The position numbers and the translations under genes are program-made. A stretch of DNA of 63,818 nucleotides, the filler included, from Octopus bimaculoides (taxonomy: Eukaryota): assembly GCF_001194135.2 (NCBI RefSeq). It is 5 parts of 5 records of this genome, joined end to end, with 100 filler letters (N's around TTAATTAATTAA, not from the genome) between each part and the next. Parts side by side here need not be neighbours in the genome. Positions count along the whole stretch, not along the records: positions 31,370 to 39,906 come from NC_068984.1; positions 40,007 to 42,639 come from NC_069005.1; positions 42,740 to 62,679 come from NC_068997.1; 2 more parts are not named here. The stretch is one strand, 5' to 3'. The number at the start of each line of letters is the position of its first letter. Position 1 is the stretch's first letter. Positions 36,601 to 50,130 of the stretch are shown here, one piece after another. The notes under the pieces were generated by a model, which was given only the letters and a program-made list of their open reading frames with translations, ran no database searches and was not told where the DNA came from.

Positions 36601-38813
36601 CCTTCCTCTCACTATGCTGTGTTACCTAACCATCCTTTCTGATCATGGATTTTCCTGAAGAAGACCCAATCTAACTGGATTTAATTGGACCCTCACACCC
36701 TCCTAGGCACAACAAATATCGTTGTTGAGAATCATTTTTCCACCCTTCCACCCTCCTGGACACAATAAACATCATTGTTGATGATCATTCTTTCACTGTC
36801 TAACCTATATCTTTCCAACTTACAGATTCTTTACTAGAATGCATGTCTATTAGTTTGAGTCGTCATGATCAAAATTCCTCATATCTTCTATATATATATA
36901 TATATATATATATTAGTAAATGTCCCCCGTCCATTGGACAGTGTAAGTTCGTGATAGGACTGGAGTCTAAAATAGTGTAATTCTGCTTCTGTCTATGCTT
37001 AAAATTGAGGTTTATTTGACATAGTTGGGACGTTAAATCAAAAATGAGCTGGTATTCAAAAAGGAACATATTTTATTTGCAGATATTGGGCATCTGTGAT
37101 GCTCTGACGATCAAAGTAGAAGCAGCATTGCAAGCACGCTGGAGTTCTACTTGTTGAGCTGTCTGTGATGCTCTGACAGTTGAAGTAGAAGCAGCATTGC
37201 GAGCACGCCAAAGCACACATTGTTATTCTGTCTCACTTGCCCACAAGGAATGCAAAACGGAAGCATTTTTTGTTTTTCTGCCAATGTGACTCTTGCTTTT
37301 TCGAGGCATCCTATAAAAAATCTGTAACTGAATGAATCTTTTAAAAAAATCAAATTTCGTTGCTGTTTACAAGCACTAAACATAGTATTTCAACACAAAA
37401 AATTCCCACAGTGCTAAAGCACACAATTATTTGCAATGGTATTGTAAGCGCCAAATGGCATGTGGATGCAGACAGTTGTGAATGAGCATTCACATCTATA
37501 AGTACATGTGGTCAGAATGTATTTTGAGAAAATCAATATTCTATCAACCAAAAGTGCAATTGTGGTAAAATGTAAATGATTAATGCAAGCATCAGTGCAC
37601 TAACAGGTAGCAGAAGGTAAAGGGTATTTCTAAGAAATATCACACTTAAGTGTGAAATTTAAATAAAAAATGTGCAAATTGAAACAGCTTCTAGGACTTC
37701 TCTGAAAAAGAAAGACAGCCAAAACTAAGCTTCCTTTGGGAAAAAAGGATGTTACCTTATATGAATTTGAAAGTGATAAAAAAATTTTTTTAATACAGTT
37801 ATTTAAGTCCACGTAACTGGAAAACTTCAAATGGGATATAGGGTTCAGCAATATGCAATGTTGACTGATAAGGTAACAAACCTTGTGGATGAATAAGCTA
37901 CCAGAACCAACTAAATAGTGCTTTTTTTAGAATGTAATCAATGAATATGATCTGTAAAATTCTTTAAAATGATAAGAATTTGCCAAAATATCTTTCAGTT
38001 ATCCTTACTAATAAAAAATAACACATAATTTGAAATGTTGATACTAATATTCCTTCTTCATGAAATGGAATTTAAAAATAAACAATGGGCATGTACATGT
38101 CAAATCAAGTGAGTCACGCAAAAGTAAAAAAATACCACTCATTTTTTGTTTTATATAAGTTTTAGATATTTGTCACCCAGATTTCCATATTCAATTACCA
38201 ATCGATTTGTTGTTTTCTACTGTCAATTGAATTTTGTTGGGAGAAAATATTCACACAGATGATTGATTGCCAATTAGTGCCATTTATTTGCTAAAGTTAA
38301 TATTTTATTTCATTTTTACTTATTCAAAATAATTGCCTTGTCTTCTTACTCTTTCGTGTCAGCTTATTTATTAAACACAAAGTGTCATGCCTGGATGCAT
38401 GTGTTTGAGTACAGTTCATTCTAGAATGATACTGATTTTTACTGCAATCACATATTTTCTTTCAAGAAATTGCTTAGAAAGCTTAATACAATTAATGCTC
38501 TGATGCTGATTGGATGAACATAGCAGCTGTTCATACATGATTTGCAGAATGATAGCCAATAAGCGCTAATGAAATTGGATTTTCCATCAAGATTTTGATT
38601 AAAAAAGGGCAGATCTCACTTTGAAACTACCGATTATGTTATGAANNNNNNNNNNNNNNNNNNNNNNNNNNNNNNNNNNNNNNNNNNNNNNNNNNNNNNN
38701 NNNNNNNNNNNNNNNNNNNNNNNNNNNNNNNNNNNNNNNNNNNNNNNNNNNNNNGATCAGTTGAAAAATACGGCTGCTATAATCTTTTACACATACACAG
38801 ACAGAACGGGATT

Positions 38814-38861
<48 letters not shown>

Positions 38862-38864
<3 letters not shown>

Positions 38865-39050
38865 TTTTACTTGTTTCAGTCATTTGACTACAGCCATGCT
38901 GGAACACTGCCTTTAGTTGAGTAAATCACCCCAGGACTTATTCTTTGTAAGCCTAGTACTTATTCTATCAGTCTCTTTTGCTGAACTGCTAAATTACCGG
39001 GATGTAAACACACCAGTATCGGTTGTCAAGCAATGTTGGGGGAACAAACA
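38862..39050 (-). mobile_element. SINE family B tail half, CpG-decayed
   Basis: Collinear with 45516-45710, but most CG sites read TG or CA. Confidence 0.88.
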
Positions 39051-39068
39051 CACATACACATACATACA

Positions 39069-39140
<72 letters not shown>

Positions 39141-39950
39141 GATTTATACCAAAATTTGGCAAAAATATTGTATCTGTTATCAAACATAGCAAAATACTCA
39201 CAAGTGAGTTTTTGTATTTATATCGATTTAAATAAGAGCTAAAAACTGATCCATTGAAAATACTTTATTATGATGACCTATGATCATTTCGATGCAATAT
39301 CCAGAACGATTCATGCATATTATAAAATACTGCATCTCCTCAGAGTCTTATTAGTAGAAGGCCGGTAATAAAAATAGATAACATTCATATACAACATTCA
39401 GAGTTGACCTATGAATACATGTAAATAAACAAGTTGAAAAGACATGAGATGTCATACAACTGTACAGCATAACGGTGTTGAAACCATAATCATACCAAGA
39501 AATGGTTCAAATTTATGATGTTAAACTATGAAGTTCAATAATGAACCAATACGGAACGCTGTACATTTCGAAAAAGACCGTTGGAGTTATGAACGTAAAT
39601 ACGACATTCAGACCAAAGAAAAAAACAGTTAGATATTAAAAAAATATACATTTTTTATACAAGTTCATGGTCAAATAGAAGTATATCTAATAAGTAATGC
39701 TTATATATAATATACTCAATAAACAACTTAAGTATACATAATCTAAAAAAGGCCTTATATTAATTTAGTATTTAGAAGTAAAAAGCCTTAAATGGTTATT
39801 ATAGCCTTATAGGTTATAGAGAATAAATTATAAAATATAAGAAAAAATATAAGAGAAAAATAAGAAAAAATAAGCATAAATAAATATATATATATATATA
39901 TATATANNNNNNNNNNNNNNNNNNNNNNNNNNNNNNNNNNNNNNNNNNNN

Positions 39951-39962
39951 TTAATTAATTAA
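39951..39962. other. Artificial scaffold-join spacer
   Basis: 44N-TTAATTAATTAA-44N. Confidence 0.95.
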
Positions 39963-40006
39963 NNNNNNNNNNNNNNNNNNNNNNNNNNNNNNNNNNNNNN
40001 NNNNNN

Positions 40007-42639
40007 CCATTGTTTCGTACTTACTGCCTCAGTTTCGTATAAACAGGCACCGGTTAGTATTTACGGCTTGGAATACGTAGTCGCGGCTTCCGGCACGTTT
40101 TTGCGCCGCCAGGCACGCTGTTGTGTCGGCGGGTACAGATTTACGTTGTGAAGTTTAATTTTCTTGCCATCGTTTCGTACTTACGTGTTCAGATTTGTTG
40201 TTACATCCGCAAGTACGTACTTATAGCAGCAGCGATCTACATAATGCCGCAGTTCCGTATAAACGTGCATCGGCTGGTATTCATGGCTTGGAATAAATAT
40301 TTGCGGCTCTGGGCACGTTTTTCCGCCACTAGGCACGCTGTTGCGTCGGCGGCTACAGATTTACGTTGTGAAGTTTAATTTTGTTGCCATTGTTTCGTAC
40401 TTACGTGTTCAGGTTTGTTGTTTCAGCCCCAAGTACGTTCTTATGGTAACAGCAACGCACATACTGCCTCAGTTTCGTATAAACGTGCAACGGTTAGTAT
40501 TTACGGTTTGGAATATGTAGTCGCGGCTTCGGGCACGCTGTTGCGTCGGCGTGTACAGATTTACGTTGTGAAGTTTAATTNNNNNNNNNNNNNNNNNNNN
40601 NNNNNNNNNNNNNNNNNNNNNNNNNNNNNNNNNNNNNNNNNNNNNNNNNNNNNNNNNNNNNNNNNNNNNNNNNNNNNNNNNNNNNNNNNNNNNNNNNNNN
40701 NNNNNNNNNNNNNNNNNNNNNNNNNNNNNNNNNNNNNNNNNNNNNNNNNNNNNNNNNNNNNNNNNNNNNNNNNNNNNNNNNNNNNNNNNNNNNNNNNNNN
40801 NNNNNNNNNNNNNNNNNNNNNNNNNNNNNNNNNNNNNNNNNNNNNNNNNNNNNNNNNNNNNNNNNNNNNNNNNNNNNNNNNNNNNNNNNNNNNNNNNNNN
40901 NNNNNNNNNNNNNNNNNNNNNNNNNNNNNNNNNNNNNNNNNNNNNNNNNNNNNNNNNNNNNNNNNNNNNNNNNNNNNNNNNNNNNNNNNNNNNNNNNNNN
41001 NNNNNNNNNNNNNNNNNNNNNNNNNNNNNNNNNNNNNNNNNNNNNNNNNNNNNNNNNNNNNNNNNNNNNNNNNNNNNNNNNNNNNNNNNNNNNNNNNNNN
41101 NNNNNNNNNNNNNNNNNNNNNNNNNNNNNNNNNNNNNNNNNNNNNNNNNNNNNNNNNNNNNNNNNNNNNNNNNNNNNNNNNNNNNNNNNNNNNNNNNNNN
41201 NNNNNNNNNNNNNNNNNNNNNNNNNNNNNNNNNNNNNNNNNNNNNNNNNNNNNNNNNNNNNNNNNNNNNNNNNNNNNNNNNNNNNNNNNNNNNNNNNNNN
41301 NNNNNNNNNNNNNNNNNNNNNNNNNNNNNNNNNNNNNNNNNNNNNNNNNNNNNNNNNNNNNNNNNNNNNNNNNNNNNNNNNNNNNNNNNNNNNNNNNNNN
41401 NNNNNNNNNNNNNNNNNNNNNNNNNNNNNNTTTGGGCACGTTTTTCCGCCACTATGCACGCTGTTGCGTCGGCGGCTACAGATTTACGTTGTGGAGCTTA
41501 ATTTTTGTCGCCATTGTTTCGTACTTACGTGTTCAGGTTTGTTGTTTCAGCCCCAAGTACGTTCTTATGGCAACAGCAACGCACATACTGCCGCAGTTCC
41601 GTATAAACGGGCATCGGCTGGTATTTATGGCTTAGAATAAATATTTGCGGCTTTGGGCACGTTTTTCCGCCACTATGCACGCTGTTGCGTCGTCGGCTAC
41701 AGATTTACGTTGTGGAGCTAATTTTTGTCGCCTTTGTTTCGTACTTACGTGTTCAGGTTTGTTGTTACATCCGCAAGTACGTACTTATAGCAGCAGCCAC
41801 TTACATAATGCCGCAGTTTCGTATCAAGGGGCATCGGCTAGTATTTATGGCTTGGAATAAATATTTGCGGCTTTGGGCACCTTTTTCCGCCACTAGGCAC
41901 GCTGTTGCGTCGGCGGCTACACATTTACCTTGTGGAGTTTAATTTGTGTCGCCATTGTTTCGTACTTACGTGTTCAGGTTTGTTGTTTCAGCCCCAAGTG
42001 CGTTCTTATGGCAACAGCAACGCACATACTACCTCAGTTTCGTATAAACGGGCAACGGTTAGTATTTACGGCTTGGAATACGTAGTCGCGGCCTCGGGAA
42101 CCTTTTTTGCGCCGCCAGGCACGCTGTTGCGTCGGCTGGTACAGATTTACGTTGTGAAGTTTAATTTTGTTGCCATTGTTTCGNNNNNNNNNNNNNNNNN
42201 NNNNNNNNNNNNNNNNNNNNNNNNNNNNNNNNNNNNNNNNNNNNNNNNNNNNNNNNNNNNNNNNNNNNNNNNNNNNNNNNNNNCCACTAGGCACGCTGTT
42301 GCGTCGGCGGGTAGAGATTTACGTTGTGGAGCTCAATTTTTGCCGCCATTGTTTCGTACTTACGTGTTCAGGTTTGTTGTTTCAGCCCCAAGTACGTTAT
42401 TATGGCAACAGCAACGCAAATACTGCCTCAGTTTCGTATAAACGGGCAACGATTAGTATTTACGGCTTGGAATACGTAGTCGCGGTTTCCGGTACGCTTT
42501 TGCGCCGCCAGGCACGCTGTTGCGTCGGCGGGTACAGATTTACGTTGTGAAGTTTAATTTTGTTGCCATTGTTTCGTACTTACGTGTTCAGGTTTGTTGT
42601 TACAGCCGCAAGTACGTACTTATAGCAGCAGCGACTTAC
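40007..42639. repeat. CpG-rich satellite with about 220-bp monomer in two variants (A/B)
   Basis: The anchor GCC(A/T)T(T/C)GTTTCG recurs at 40166, 40386, 41510, 41730, 41951, 42172, 42345 and 42565 (period 220-221 where ungapped). It fills a whole small scaffold. Confidence 0.95.
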
Positions 42640-42683
42640 NNNNNNNNNNNNNNNNNNNNNNNNNNNNNNNNNNNNNNNNNNNN

Positions 42684-42695
42684 TTAATTAATTAA
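42684..42695. other. Artificial scaffold-join spacer
   Basis: 44N-TTAATTAATTAA-44N. Confidence 0.95.
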
Positions 42696-43087
42696 NNNNN
42701 NNNNNNNNNNNNNNNNNNNNNNNNNNNNNNNNNNNNNNNATACTCACATACACATTTGTATACACATGGACATGCACATACACTAGCATATAACTACACG
42801 TATACACATTCATGTATTCACGTGTGTGTATGTATGCATATGTATGTGCGTATATATGTATATATATGCATATAGATAGATGAATACACACACATACATA
42901 TATATGTATATATGTATGCATATATGTATGTATATCCATTTATATATAAATCTACATAGATATGACAATACATAGGAAGCTATATGTGCATCGATATATA
43001 TATGTATAATTATGCATACACAGAGCTAAACGCACACACATATACACACGCATACATATATGTAAATATATATATATATACATATAT

Positions 43088-43088
43088 C

Positions 43089-43129
<41 letters not shown>

Positions 43130-43151
43130 AATAGATAGATAGATAGCTAAA

Positions 43152-43200
<49 letters not shown>
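43088..43200. repeat. (GATA)n microsatellite
   Basis: Direct run; further GATA runs at about 47891, 50065, 60951 and 61794. Confidence 0.95.
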
Positions 43201-43201
<1 letters not shown>

Positions 43202-43724
43202 GCATACCAGTAGATATAACATTTACATAGCAAAGACATATTTGTATGTATGTATGTATGGATGGATGGATGGATGGATGTAAGTACGTATGAGGAAAGA
43301 TAAATAGGTAGACAAAGAGAGACAGAGACAGACAGACAGGTAGACAGATTCACAACGCATGCCCACAATGAAAACTTGTACTCGTATATAATGATTGTTT
43401 CCAGTTTCTTTCTCTCTGTCTGTCTGTCTGTCTGTATGTCTGCTTCGCACTTTTGTAACGGCTTTTTTTTTCCAGATTAGACTTATTAACATATGCCTTT
43501 GTTCATATGCAAAAGCACGCGCACACACGCACGTGCGCGCACATATATACACTCATACATCAGGTACACACACACATATTAATTATACATACATATATAT
43601 ATGCATATATATATATATATATATGCCTATGTCTCTCTCTTAGTATATATATCTGTTTACTCTCTCTCCCTCTCACTCTCTCTCACTCACATATATGTAT
43701 GTATGTTTGAATGTATGGATAGAT

Positions 43725-43850
43725 ATGCAGTGAGAAGTTGCTTCCCAAGCACATGGTTCTGGGTTCAGTCTCACCATGTGGCACCATGGGCGAGTGTCCG
43801 ACCAGAGCCTTTTGAGTGAATTTGATAGAAAGAAAGTGAAAGACGTCTAA
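43725..43850 (+). mobile_element. Degenerate SINE family B head fragment
   Basis: TTGCTTCCCAAGCACATGGTTCTGGGTTCAGTC...GTGGCACCATGGGCGAGTGTC. Confidence 0.65.
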
Positions 43851-44049
43851 TGTATGTATGTGTTTTTTCTCTCGGTCTTCTATCTTTTCTCTTTAAAAAA
43901 ACACTTTTCTCCCAGAGTTCACTATTTTCCTCTCGTTCTGGTCTAACGACCCTCCATATTTGTTTTCGTTCGGTTTCCTTGTATGTCTCCACTGTCCTGT
44001 TTTTGTTCCCAACTTTGACCCTCCATAAATCCTAAATTTTATTTTAGAA

Positions 44050-44395
44050 TTTATAGGAGCAACTGTCTTCGAAGACTCATATTGTTTACTTGTCCTGTTT
44101 TCCGAGTCGTCACAAGAGACCCACATAGGTTGAGGGGCCAAGTATTCTGAGCTGACCCTACGACTGGGCTTGTCATGACGCTTCATTGCAGGTAGTCTCT
44201 ATGTGGTCACATCTTCATCGAGAAATAGATGCTAAATCTATTCCAATCACGCCAACTATCCTCACAGAGGTGCATTGGAAAATGGAGTCCTGGTTGAAGG
44301 TGATGGCCACATCTGGAACGCATCTGATATGTCTCTGCTGAATCGACCAACAGAGCTTGTCGCATTTGTTGTCCAAATAAAGTGATGAGGCTAGT
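44050..44395 (-). mobile_element. Possible highly decayed CR1/L2-type LINE fragment
   Basis: Weak post-RT resemblance (VRIVGV...HIETTCNEAS...LRILGP) with many stops. Confidence 0.3.
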
Positions 44396-44525
44396 TCTTT
44401 TTTTTTCTTTGTTAGAAGCCAGTTCCTTCTTGATAGAATGAAGTCAGATAATTAAAAATGTTATGTGTGTGTGTGTGTGTGTGAGTGAATGTATGTAGGT
44501 ATGTATATACATGTGTCTACGTATG

Positions 44526-44574
<49 letters not shown>

Positions 44575-44861
44575 NNNNNNNNNNNNNNNNNNNNNNNNNN
44601 NNNNNNNNNNNNNNNNNNNNNNNNNNNNNNNNNNNNNNNNNNNNNNNNNNNNNNNNNNNNNNNNNNNNNNNNNNNNNNNNNNNNNNNNNNNNNNNNNNNN
44701 NNNNNNNNNNNNNNNNNNNNNNNNNNNNNNNNNNNNNNNNNNNNNNNNNNNNNNNNNNNNNNNNNNNNNNNNNNNNNNNNNNNNNNNNNNNNNNNNNNNN
44801 NNNNNNNNNNNNNNNNNNNNNNNNNNNNNNNNNNNNNNNNNNNNNNNNNNNNNNNNNNNNN

Positions 44862-44920
<59 letters not shown>

Positions 44921-45378
44921 TACATGCATTCAGATATACATATATACATATGAATGAATGTGTACATCTGTGTGTCCGTGTGAGAGTGTGTATATAACGC
45001 TGTCAACGTTTTTGTCTATGCATTTGTGAACATGTGTTTTGTATGTGTGCGTGTATGTAAATGTGTGTGTCTGAACGTGTAACTGTACCTCAGTAGAAAT
45101 AAGTACACACTATTTTTCAAGTCGATATTAAAAAAGTTTTGCTCAGATGACATTAAATGTACAACAGATGTTAAGCGTGTGTTAGCGTGTATATAGCACT
45201 GCCATATTATATATATACATATACATATATATATAATGTGTGTATATGTTTATATGTAAATAATAACAATATTCCCATGGTGGATAATTTGGCGAAATTG
45301 ATAAATATTTTGCTAAAATATAAACCTATCTCTTAATTCATCTTCCTATAACATATCGCTTGATATGTCATTATAGTA

Positions 45379-45409
<31 letters not shown>

Positions 45410-45515
45410 GTGCGCGTATGTGTGTGTGTGCGTATGTATGTACAGGATAGTATAATGTGCGTGTGTGTGCGCGTGTACGTTTACAGATGTGTTCACAGAC
45501 ACACATAGATATATA

Positions 45516-45927
45516 CTCTTTTACTCGTTTCAGTCATTTGACTGCGGCCATGCTGGGGCACCGCCTTTAGTCGAGCAGCTCGACCCCAGGACTTATTCTT
45601 TGTAAGCCTAGTACTTATTCTATCGGTCTCTTTTTGCCGAACCGCCAAGTTACGGGGACGCAAACACACCAGCATCGGTCGTCAAGCGAAGCTGGGGGGA
45701 CAAACACAAACACAAACACACAAACACATACACACACATACACATATATATATATATATATACATATATACGACGGGCTTCTTTCAGTTTCCGTCTACCA
45801 AATCCACTCACAAGGCTTTGGTCGGCCCGAGGCTATAGTAGAAGACACTTGCCCAAGGTGCCACGCAGTGGGACTGAACCCGGAACCATGTGGTTGGTAA
45901 GCAAGCTACTTACCACACAGCCACTCC
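45516..45927 (-). mobile_element. SINE family B, full length and young-looking
   Basis: Complete head, internal CA/TA run and tail; CpGs retained. Confidence 0.92.
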
Positions 45928-46055
45928 ATGTATGTATGTATGTATGTATGTATACATATATAGGTGTGTAGGCATGTTGATATGTTACGGAATATGTATA
46001 TGCTTGTACGTGTATGTATACGTTTACAGAAACGTACGTATATATCTTTTGTCCT

Positions 46056-46280
46056 TTATCTTTTACTTGTTTCAGTCATTTGACTGTGGCCATGCTGGAG
46101 TACCACCTTAAGGGGTTTTAGTCGAACAAATAGACCCTCCCCCCAGAACTTATTCTTTGTATGCCTAGTACTTATTCTATCGGTATCTTTTACCGAACCA
46201 CTAATTTACGGGGACGTAATCACACCAACATCGGTTGTCAGGCGATGTGGGGCACAAACACAGACACAAATACACAAATA
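46056..46280 (-). mobile_element. SINE family B tail half
   Basis: Collinear with 45516-45720. Confidence 0.85.
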
Positions 46281-46691
46281 TATATATATATATAATTGAA
46301 AGCCAAGAAGAGAGAACGAAGATTTATTCACATCCAAACCTTTTTATTAAAAAAAGTTTTCTACAACATATATAACAATGACCGACATATGTTTCTACTG
46401 CACCAACTGCACATTGCTCCGTATGCAATTATGCATCTTAGTCGCTGTAATTTCATCAAAGGTCCATCACTGACGACGTTTTCAAAGTGAACTAATTCAA
46501 ACAAGCTTGGTATAGTTTCTACAATAGATCGGGTTATATCGTTTTGCCCTCTTTCCTTCCAGCTGTCGCAACCTCTTCGATATTCCGCTGAATCACAATC
46601 AAGATTGAAGCAGCCAAGAGAATGTCAATATTTGTTTGCGATTATATCTGTTTCACGGTTTGTTTTCCGATTTTTTTTTATTTCTTTTTCA

Positions 46692-47140
46692 CATTCTGTG
46701 TCAAATCTAGCTGAGGTCAACTTTTCTTCTCATCATTTCGGGGGTCGATATCATAATGTAGCAGCCAGGAACTTGTTTTGCCTTAGCCTTTTGCCCTTTC
46801 GGGAAATAAGTACCAGTCGCACACTAGGGTCGATGTAATCGACTTAACCACCCAGCCACCCCTACCACTAATATTTCAGGCCTTGTGCCTAATAATAGAG
46901 AGGATTAGCGTTACTATGTTCTTGTTAGACGCTGAGTTGGCAGAATCACTACAGCATCGGACAAAGTGCATAACTGCAATTTTTCCGGATCTTTACGTTT
47001 TGAGTTCAAATCCCGACAAGGTCGACTTTGCATATTGACTTTTCTGTGTTGAAAAAATTAAAAACCAGTTGAATCACTGGGATCGATGTAATCGATTACC
47101 AATTCCCCTAAAATTACTGACCTTGTGTGAAAAATTTGAT
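46692..47140 (+). mobile_element. Two adjacent degenerate SINE family A monomers
   Basis: GAGGTCAACTTT...GGGTCGAT...CCTTGTGCC at 46692-46905 and GCTGAGTTGGCAGAATC...CCTTGTGTG at 46926-47140. Confidence 0.75.
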
Positions 47141-47896
47141 GCAATTCTGGCTTTTTGTGTTCTGAGTCGATTTTACCTACATAATATCTCTTATGGACGT
47201 ACTTACTTTGTTTAGTAAATATATATCAGTAGCAGACGAAATTAGTCCAGCGGTGGTGGCAGGGATGTTAGGTGCACATTTCAGCGTCTTTGGGTTTCGT
47301 CATCAGCATGTTTCTCCGGAGGGATGACATGACTGATTTGGATTTCCGCGACGTATTTGTATTAAATATAATACCTAAATCGCAAAATACATTTGGTTCG
47401 ATGCGCTAACGATTCTTCTAGCCCACCGCCCTCAGCAAAACTTCTTAATCAATACTTTTTCATGAAGATTTTAACAATATGTTTCTGAAGGTTACCAAAT
47501 GATCGTAGCTTAAATATTTATATTTTCTGACCGAGGGTTTCCATAAGAGATGATCAGAAACTATAAGCTGTAATAGGCACAACGACTGCTGTGCCTTTAG
47601 AGCTAGTTTATAAATATATTTTTACATAGAATTAACAAACACTGACATAAAAAAATATTCATAAACGCTAATATCGTACAGTGAGAATCAGTGTTGAACA
47701 CCGCGTTTATGGATAGATATTCTTTATTTGGGGTTTAATAAGGCTACCAATAGTTTCATGTGAAGAGATCTTCATCCAAGATAGAGACAGGTACCAACAT
47801 TTCCACGTGGTCTGCTTGAACAATTGTGAAGGTCGCTTCACATGAAGCCATTAGTTGTCTTGCTACCCAACAAATAAAAAATACATTTATAGATAA

Positions 47897-47983
<87 letters not shown>

Positions 47984-48444
47984 AACAAAACACTTATATA
48001 CATCAGTATATGCATATATATTCACGTGTATACATGCATACATATAATAGTTCCTTTTAGGACAAGGTCGTAAAAACTTTCTTGAAAAAGTGTGTAGCTT
48101 ATGATCTTTTTATCATACCATCCTGTGTTCGATTCCCGGTGCATCAGGTGTGTTTTATCCTTGGGCAAGGAATTTAACTATACATTGCCCCACCAGTTCA
48201 TTCAGCTAGTAATAACGAGCATTAAGACTGGCAGAACACTCGATTAGTGTCAAATTAGAGCGGTAACGTGAACAGGTCAATAGTACAATCCGAAAGATTC
48301 AACTATAAAATTTGATACATCTAGAAATGTTCTGCTCCATCCTATCTTTTCTAAAGAATTTCTTACATAAACATAACGCTTTTTAATTTATTCATTTACA
48401 GTTTGGTGTGTTAAGCAATTTTTCAAGCCTTCTTATTGTCAAAG

Positions 48445-48570
48445 ATAAAGGCGCGTGGTCTAATGATTAGGGTGTTACACTCACAATCGCAAGGTCGTGC
48501 TTTCGATTCCCTGACCGGGCGGTGCGTTATATTTTTGAACAAAACACTTTATTTCACGCTAATCCTCTCC
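48445..48570 (+). mobile_element. Degenerate tRNA-derived SINE head (family C-like)
   Basis: GGCGCGTGGTCTAATGATTAGGG...TTTCGATTCCCTGACCGGGCG...AAAACACTTTATTTCACG. Confidence 0.65.
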
Positions 48571-48982
48571 ATTGTGACGTACTGACGTCCCGTTCGTGAT
48601 CTCCGTCGCCTATACGCCATGAAAACACCGAGCAGCGAGCCCTAGGAATCGTAACGCTCGAGCCAGTACTTGTTCTTCTTGTCAAATTTAGATAACTAAA
48701 TTATTGCTTCCTTCATAAACTGCATACCTACGAAAGTATGACGGTTTCTAATCCCATCCAAGTCCCTTACATCCGGCTAAGTCGTGATCGTTGGGTAAAC
48801 ATCGGTGTAGATTTTAAAGCAAAAACATTAAAGGAAATATATAAATCCAGCGCTAAGTCTTGAAATCGCATTTTTATTGCTTCAAGCCGATTACGTTTTA
48901 CAAATTCTGCCGCATAAGATTTGCGTACGAAATTGTTTTAGATGAAGTATTTAACAACCACAAACATATGTAAGTTGTGTGC

Positions 48983-49032
<50 letters not shown>

Positions 49033-49121
49033 ATTGGTGTGTGTTCGAGTATTTAAACTAAGAACTTTTACAGTATACATACACGTTTTATACATATCTA
49101 CACAAAAACTAACAAAAATTA

Positions 49122-49153
<32 letters not shown>

Positions 49154-49210
49154 TATTTATGCACATGAAAATATACAAACACACACATATAATTACACAT
49201 GCACATACAT

Positions 49211-49244
<34 letters not shown>

Positions 49245-49715
49245 GTATACATACATACAAGCGTACATACATATATCTATCTATCTAACTATCTATCTAT
49301 ATCTATATATATATATATATACGCATATATATATATACATACCTATAAATATATGTGTGTGTATGTATATATATATATACCAGCTTAAGACCGTGTTAGA
49401 ATGAATGTGTATGTGTCTAAGTATCAGCATACAAGTACGAATGCGTTTATGTATGTATATGCGAGTGTGCGTATGTTTGCGTATGTGAATCATTTTGTAA
49501 GTTCGGAGAACTTAACAGTCTCGTAAGTTTAATGAGAGAGTTGGCACCTGATTACATTAAACTAATTCCAGTGAAGAGAAGGAACGGGGTTAGTGTTACC
49601 AGAGTATACAGTTGCTCTTAGATGTGATACTTGTCAGAAGGATCACAAGACATATTGCAGTAGAAACTCTTAGATTAAATGGTCTTAAAGAATCTTGTAA
49701 AGCAANNNNNNNNNN

Positions 49716-49770
<55 letters not shown>

Positions 49771-49987
49771 TACATATATATATGTTCATATACGTAGAGA
49801 ATATAATATAATACACATGTATTTAGATACATATATGTGTGTAAATAATATATATATTATATATATACACATATATAAAATGACAAATTAATCCATCTTT
49901 ATGTCTCTCACTTCATCTTTCTACTCGTCATCCTGTCTCTGTATGTGTATATGTATCTATATTAGCTACCTCTCTCCCCAGTTACCC

Positions 49988-50054
<67 letters not shown>

Positions 50055-50064
50055 NNNNNNNNNN

Positions 50065-50130
<66 letters not shown>

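Noticed and set aside
36640-36710. CTGAAGAAGACCCAAT as a hammerhead remnant
   Set aside because: No GAAA box follows; too decayed to call.
40007-42639. Satellite as a CRISPR array, coding repeat or hammerhead satellite
   Set aside because: There are no unique spacers; the 220-bp period breaks frame with stops each monomer; GAAAC motifs are present but no CUGANGA with valid stems.
47280-47310. CTGATGACGAAAC on the minus strand as a hammerhead
   Set aside because: No stem II between the core boxes and no stem I/III complementarity.
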